NCBI GenBank assembly: GCA_025999155.1
Contig: AP026679.1
Location: forward strand, 602,561-666,560
Direction: 5' to 3'
DNA from: Candidatus Dojkabacteria bacterium
GTDB lineage: Bacteria; Patescibacteriota; Dojkabacteria; JAOAGR01
DNA: 64,000 nt
Positions 60,238 to 64,000 of this stretch are shown one piece after another. Numbering within the stretch: the first letter of the stretch is position 1; every line of letters begins with the position of its first letter. The position numbers were made by a program, and so were the translations under genes. A model generated the notes under the pieces. It did no database searches. It saw only the letters and a list, made by a program, of their open reading frames with translations, and was not told the DNA's origin.

Positions 60238-61212
60238 ATGCCAAGTACGCATGTTAAATTAGATAAAAAAATAATACTAGGTTTAATTGCAGTATTTATA
60301 CTATTTTTAGTGCTTTTACTACAGTCGATTTTTGTAAGGCCGTCATCAGATTCTAAACCTAAGTTTGATACCATTGAATTGCAATCTTTCTCTAATTACA
60401 AGTATGGCGATTACTTTACCGTAAATAGCGACATTGAATTCAAAACTACCAGCAATACTCTTGTATATAAAGTATCTGGTATTAATTCTGGGATAGAATC
60501 TGTCAAAAATGCAGCTTTGAAGTTAGGTCTTAGCAAGGAAATTCCTAACGTAAATACAAAAATCACAAAATGGGTAAAAGACGATGATAATGTACGTGCT
60601 CTGAATTCGGTCACTTTAGACAATATAAAAGGGACAGTTAATGTCTTTTATGAAAATGGTATCAATGAGAAGCCACTAGAGAGTGAAGATTATCTTAATT
60701 ATTTGAAGAGTTTTTTTGGTTTTCCGGATATGTATGAGATATATTTGATTAGTAAGGAAACTCAGCAAGATAGTGAGTTTTTAAATTATGGGGTCAAATG
60801 GCAGGAAAAAGATATCTATTTTGATCAGGCAGATAATATTTTTCTCAGCGTAACTATTGTCAATAAAAAAATCATCAGTGTATTTTTTCACTTGTTACCT
60901 ACCGAAATTACCGACTTTAAAAAGTTGAAGCCGATTGATAGGGTGACAAAAGATAATATTGCTTCTTATTATTATCAATTAAGTCTGAAACCGGAGGAAA
61001 TTCATAGCGCTTCAGAATATGGTAGCGAAACAATTGTTGTACCACCTGTGAAAGTTGGTTTAAGAGACCAAAAAGACGCATATATTTTATTTAACGATCC
61101 TACTTTGTCGTGGTTGCTTATACCTGTAATCGATTTTAACGGAGTATTTTTGGATGCAAATAACCAAAAGGGTAGCGCGAGTCTTTTGATAGTTAATCAA
61201 AATAATCGATAG
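60238..61212 (+). CDS. N-terminally membrane-anchored extracytoplasmic protein (VirB8/TcpC-like placement, unverified)
   Basis: TM IILGLIAVFILFLVLLLQSIF, then a 290-aa soluble domain. Directly follows the M23 hydrolase gene; ORF track start 60196 overlaps it, so the ATG at 60238 is more likely. Confidence 0.3.
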   Translation: MPSTHVKLDKKIILGLIAVFILFLVLLLQSIFVRPSSDSKPKFDTIELQSFSNYKYGDYFTVNSDIEFKTTSNTLVYKVSGINSGIESVKNAALKLGLSKEIPNVNTKITKWVKDDDNVRALNSVTLDNIKGTVNVFYENGINEKPLESEDYLNYLKSFFGFPDMYEIYLISKETQQDSEFLNYGVKWQEKDIYFDQADNIFLSVTIVNKKIISVFFHLLPTEITDFKKLKPIDRVTKDNIASYYYQLSLKPEEIHSASEYGSETIVVPPVKVGLRDQKDAYILFNDPTLSWLLIPVIDFNGVFLDANNQKGSASLLIVNQNNR

Positions 61213-61266
61213 TTTCCAAAACGATTTTCATTATTTATGAATTCCTTTTAAAATTATCTTGCGTCT

Positions 61267-63840
61267 ATGACTCCAGCAATGCAACAGTATTTGAAAATTA
61301 AGTCTGAATATCCTGATCATATAGTCTTGTTTCGGATGGGGGATTTTTATGAGACTTTCTATGATGATGCGAAAAAAGCTTCTGTTATCCTTGGGATTAC
61401 TTTAACAGCGCGTGATCGGGAGAAGAAAATCCCGATGGCTGGAATTCCTTTTCATTCATTGGATACTTATTTAAATAGATTAATCGAAAATAATGAAAAA
61501 GTTGTTTTAGTAGAACAATTAGAGGATCCGAAAAAAGCTGTAGGTGTAGTCAAGAGAGGCATCGTCCGTATTTTTACTCCTGGTACCACTTTTGATACCG
61601 AAACGAAGCAGAATAACTATCTTTTTAGTATTTATAAACATAAGCAAACATTTGACTGTGCTTTTGCCGACCTTAGTGAAGGTATAATTTTTATCATTCA
61701 ATTTGATAATTTCAATGACTTACTTAGTAACCTCATTATTACCTTACCAAAAGAAATTATTACAGTACGAAGTTCTTTTACAGATCCACAGCTTCATTCT
61801 ATAAAAGCTCACCTAAAAAAGACATTGTTAAGTGAATTAAATGAAAACTATTTTTCTGAAAAATGGTATGAAGAAAAAATCACTCCTATTTTAAAAGATA
61901 AATTATTACATCTAGAATCACACAGTGTGAATGGTCTTTTGAATTATTTCGTAGAAACACAAAGGACAGATTTAGGACATATTAATGAAGTAAAAATTTT
62001 CGGTTTAAAGGATTTTATGAAATTAGATGCAAATGCGATTGCAAGTTTAGAAATTTTTGAAGGACAAAGACAGGACGCTGTACCACTAATTCGAGTCATT
62101 GATCATACTGTGACACATGGAGGTGCAAAGCTGCTGAGAAAATGGTTGGCATCACCTTTAGTTAATGTAGAGAAAATAAAACAAAGACAATCTCAGGTTT
62201 TTGCTATAAAAAACCTTGGACAAGAGATTATTCTTAAACATCAACAAAAACTTGCCGAGATTCACGATTTAAATCGTATCGCCACAAAGATCGGTTTAAA
62301 AACAGCTAATGCGCGTGATCTAAGAAATCTTGTAGATTCAACAAAAACCATATTTGAGTTTATCTCTGATCTTAAAAAATACGAAAATTTGGATGCTATT
62401 GTAGAAAAACTAGATAGAATAGAGAAAGAAATTAAAATTTCTCAAGACATACTGGCATTGATTCATAAAACTATAGTAGACGCTCCTCCTCTATCTATTC
62501 GTGAAGGCAATATGATTCGGGCCGGTGTTTCTAAAGAATTAGACGAATTACATGATATTAAGACTGGAAGTAGTGAATGGTTACGTACTTTCGAGCAGCA
62601 GGAGATAAAAAAAACTAATATATCAACATTAAAGGTGAGATATAATAAAGTTTTCGGATTTTATATAGAGGTCTCAAAAGGTCAAAGTAAAAATGTCCCA
62701 TCAAACTATATACGTAAACAGACTTTAGTGAATGCAGAAAGATATATTACTCCAGAACTCAAAGAATATGAAGCTAAGTTTTTAAGTGCAGAAGATCGTA
62801 TAAACGCTTTAGAATATGAGATTTTTACAGATTTGCTTGAAAAAGCTAGTCAGTTAATCATACCTATTCAAAATATTTATCAAATTATTGCTGAACTTGA
62901 TGTCATCTATGCTCTTGCTTTAACTGCAATTATGAATCATTGGACATTGCCTTTGGTTAATGATGGTTTTGCTATAAAAATCGAGAATGGTAGACATCCG
63001 GTCGTCGAACATATTTTATTAAAACAAGGTAAGCTTTTTGTGAAGAATTCTTATGTAGCTGATGAAAATGCAACTCTCACCATAATCACAGGTCCAAATA
63101 TGGGTGGCAAATCTACATATTTGCGTCAGGTCGCCTTAATCGTCCTTTTAGCTCAAATAGGGTCGTATGTTCCAGCAGATCAAGCAGAAATCGGTGTTGT
63201 AGATCAAATTTTTACACGAATTGGTGCTTCGGATAATTTGAGCATGGGGGAAAGCACTTTTATGGTAGAAATGCTTGAAACCTCGTCTATTCTAAACAAT
63301 GCTACCAAACAAAGTCTTGTTATACTAGACGAAATTGGCAGGGGCACAAGTACATTCGATGGAATGAGTATTGCTTGGGCCGTTTGTGAATATTTAGCTT
63401 CTAAAGGGTGTAAAACCTTGTTTGCTACTCATTATCATGAATTAACTGACTTAGCAGATAAATACCCGACAATCAAGAATTTATGCGTAAAAGTGACGGA
63501 ATATGAAGGAGAAATTATTTTTTTACATCAAATAGTGCCTGGACGCGTTGATAAAAGTTATGGTATACATGTAGCCAAGCTTGCCGGTATTCCTAACAAA
63601 GTAATCACTACTGCACAAAAAATCCTGCATATTCTTGAGAGACAGAAAGATCGTTTACAACCAAAGCCTTATGATCTTTTTTCTGGGGCAGAAAATAAGG
63701 ATGACGAGTCTATAAATCAAGATTTTATACATGTGGACAAGATTATTGATATATTGGAGAAAATTGAGATTAATACTATTTCACCTCTTGAAGCCTTACA
63801 CTTATTACAACAGTTACAAGACATGGTCAAAAATAAGTAG
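61267..63840 (+). CDS. mutS: DNA mismatch repair protein MutS
   Basis: MTPAMQQYLKIKSEYPDHIVLFRMGDFYETF mismatch-binding N-terminus; Walker A GPNMGGKSTYLRQ; DEIGRGTSTFDG; HTH C-terminus. Confidence 0.9.
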   Translation: MTPAMQQYLKIKSEYPDHIVLFRMGDFYETFYDDAKKASVILGITLTARDREKKIPMAGIPFHSLDTYLNRLIENNEKVVLVEQLEDPKKAVGVVKRGIVRIFTPGTTFDTETKQNNYLFSIYKHKQTFDCAFADLSEGIIFIIQFDNFNDLLSNLIITLPKEIITVRSSFTDPQLHSIKAHLKKTLLSELNENYFSEKWYEEKITPILKDKLLHLESHSVNGLLNYFVETQRTDLGHINEVKIFGLKDFMKLDANAIASLEIFEGQRQDAVPLIRVIDHTVTHGGAKLLRKWLASPLVNVEKIKQRQSQVFAIKNLGQEIILKHQQKLAEIHDLNRIATKIGLKTANARDLRNLVDSTKTIFEFISDLKKYENLDAIVEKLDRIEKEIKISQDILALIHKTIVDAPPLSIREGNMIRAGVSKELDELHDIKTGSSEWLRTFEQQEIKKTNISTLKVRYNKVFGFYIEVSKGQSKNVPSNYIRKQTLVNAERYITPELKEYEAKFLSAEDRINALEYEIFTDLLEKASQLIIPIQNIYQIIAELDVIYALALTAIMNHWTLPLVNDGFAIKIENGRHPVVEHILLKQGKLFVKNSYVADENATLTIITGPNMGGKSTYLRQVALIVLLAQIGSYVPADQAEIGVVDQIFTRIGASDNLSMGESTFMVEMLETSSILNNATKQSLVILDEIGRGTSTFDGMSIAWAVCEYLASKGCKTLFATHYHELTDLADKYPTIKNLCVKVTEYEGEIIFLHQIVPGRVDKSYGIHVAKLAGIPNKVITTAQKILHILERQKDRLQPKPYDLFSGAENKDDESINQDFIHVDKIIDILEKIEINTISPLEALHLLQQLQDMVKNK

Positions 63841-63873
63841 CATACTTCTTATTTGTTTGCTAATATTATTTAT

Positions 63874-64000
63874 ATGGAGTTAACCAAGAGGCAAAAAGAT
63901 ATTTTATACGCAATAATAACTGAATTCATTGAAACAGCTATGCCTGTAGGCTCTGGCCTTATTTGTGAGAAATACGCTATAGACGCTAGTCCTGCGACCG
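63874..64000 (+). CDS. hrcA: heat-inducible transcription repressor HrcA, 5' partial (runs off the window)
   Basis: MELTKRQKDILYAIITEFIETAMPVGSGLICEKYAIDASPAT matches the HrcA winged-helix N-terminus. Confidence 0.6.
   Translation, partial: MELTKRQKDILYAIITEFIETAMPVGSGLICEKYAIDASPAT

Noticed and set aside
52944-61212. Integrative conjugative element or prophage interpretation of the pilin/VirB6-like cluster
   Set aside because: There is no integrase, relaxase, VirB4/VirD4 ATPase, terminase or capsid gene. No flanking direct repeats or tRNA-attached boundary were seen (tRNA-Ala at 50.1 kb is separated from the cluster by mutL and folD). Retained only as a chromosomal envelope-system hypothesis.
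1-64000. CRISPR arrays or other regularly spaced direct repeats
   Set aside because: No periodic repeat-spacer structure was seen anywhere in the window.
1-64000. Alternative genetic code (UGA sense, as in some CPR lineages) to explain the broken genes
   Set aside because: Long ORFs are intact under the standard code. TGA serves as a genuine stop in ATGA overlaps (12475, 16011, 32140). The disruptions are frame changes, not in-frame TGA codons.

Overview
AT-rich (about 30-35% GC) bacterial chromosomal segment read with the standard genetic code. Genes are tightly packed, with several ATGA start/stop overlaps. Content is mostly housekeeping: aaRS genes (asnS remnant, thrS), rpsO-pnp, rpsT, sufS, murJ, DNA repair (mutL, mutS, recG, xth, photolyase, a UvrD-like helicase-nuclease), cell division (ftsA-like, ftsE, ftsX, EnvC-like M23 protein), lepB, smpB, folD, galU, four tRNAs (Asp-GTC, Ile-TAT, Ser-GCT, Ala-GGC) and the 5' end of hrcA. 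SpoIID-like, GH73-like and M23 enzymes, MurJ and a T-box-like thrS leader indicate a peptidoglycan-containing, probably monoderm-like cell. The lean gene set plus many decayed genes suggests a reduced-genome, partner- or host-associated bacterium; a Patescibacteria/CPR-like or reduced Firmicute-like origin is only a guess. Two things stand out. (1) Five paralogous small secreted proteins end in a TM-charged loop-TM hairpin (VirB2/TrbC-pilin-like topology). They sit in two loci (12.0-13.8 kb and 53.2-55.1 kb). The second locus continues into a VirB6/TrbL-like polytopic membrane protein, a large hydrolase with a disordered N-terminus and an M23 domain, and a membrane-anchored protein. No ATPase, relaxase or integrase is recognisable in the window, so this is a candidate pilus- or T4SS-like envelope system. 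(2) An unusual number of genes are frame-disrupted. These are asnS, clpC, rpsT and rnhB at 0-5.9 kb; ParA-like, RND transporter, SDR oxidoreductase and photolyase C-terminus at 17-24 kb; and a pheA remnant at 26.6 kb. This is either real gene decay or indel-type assembly error.
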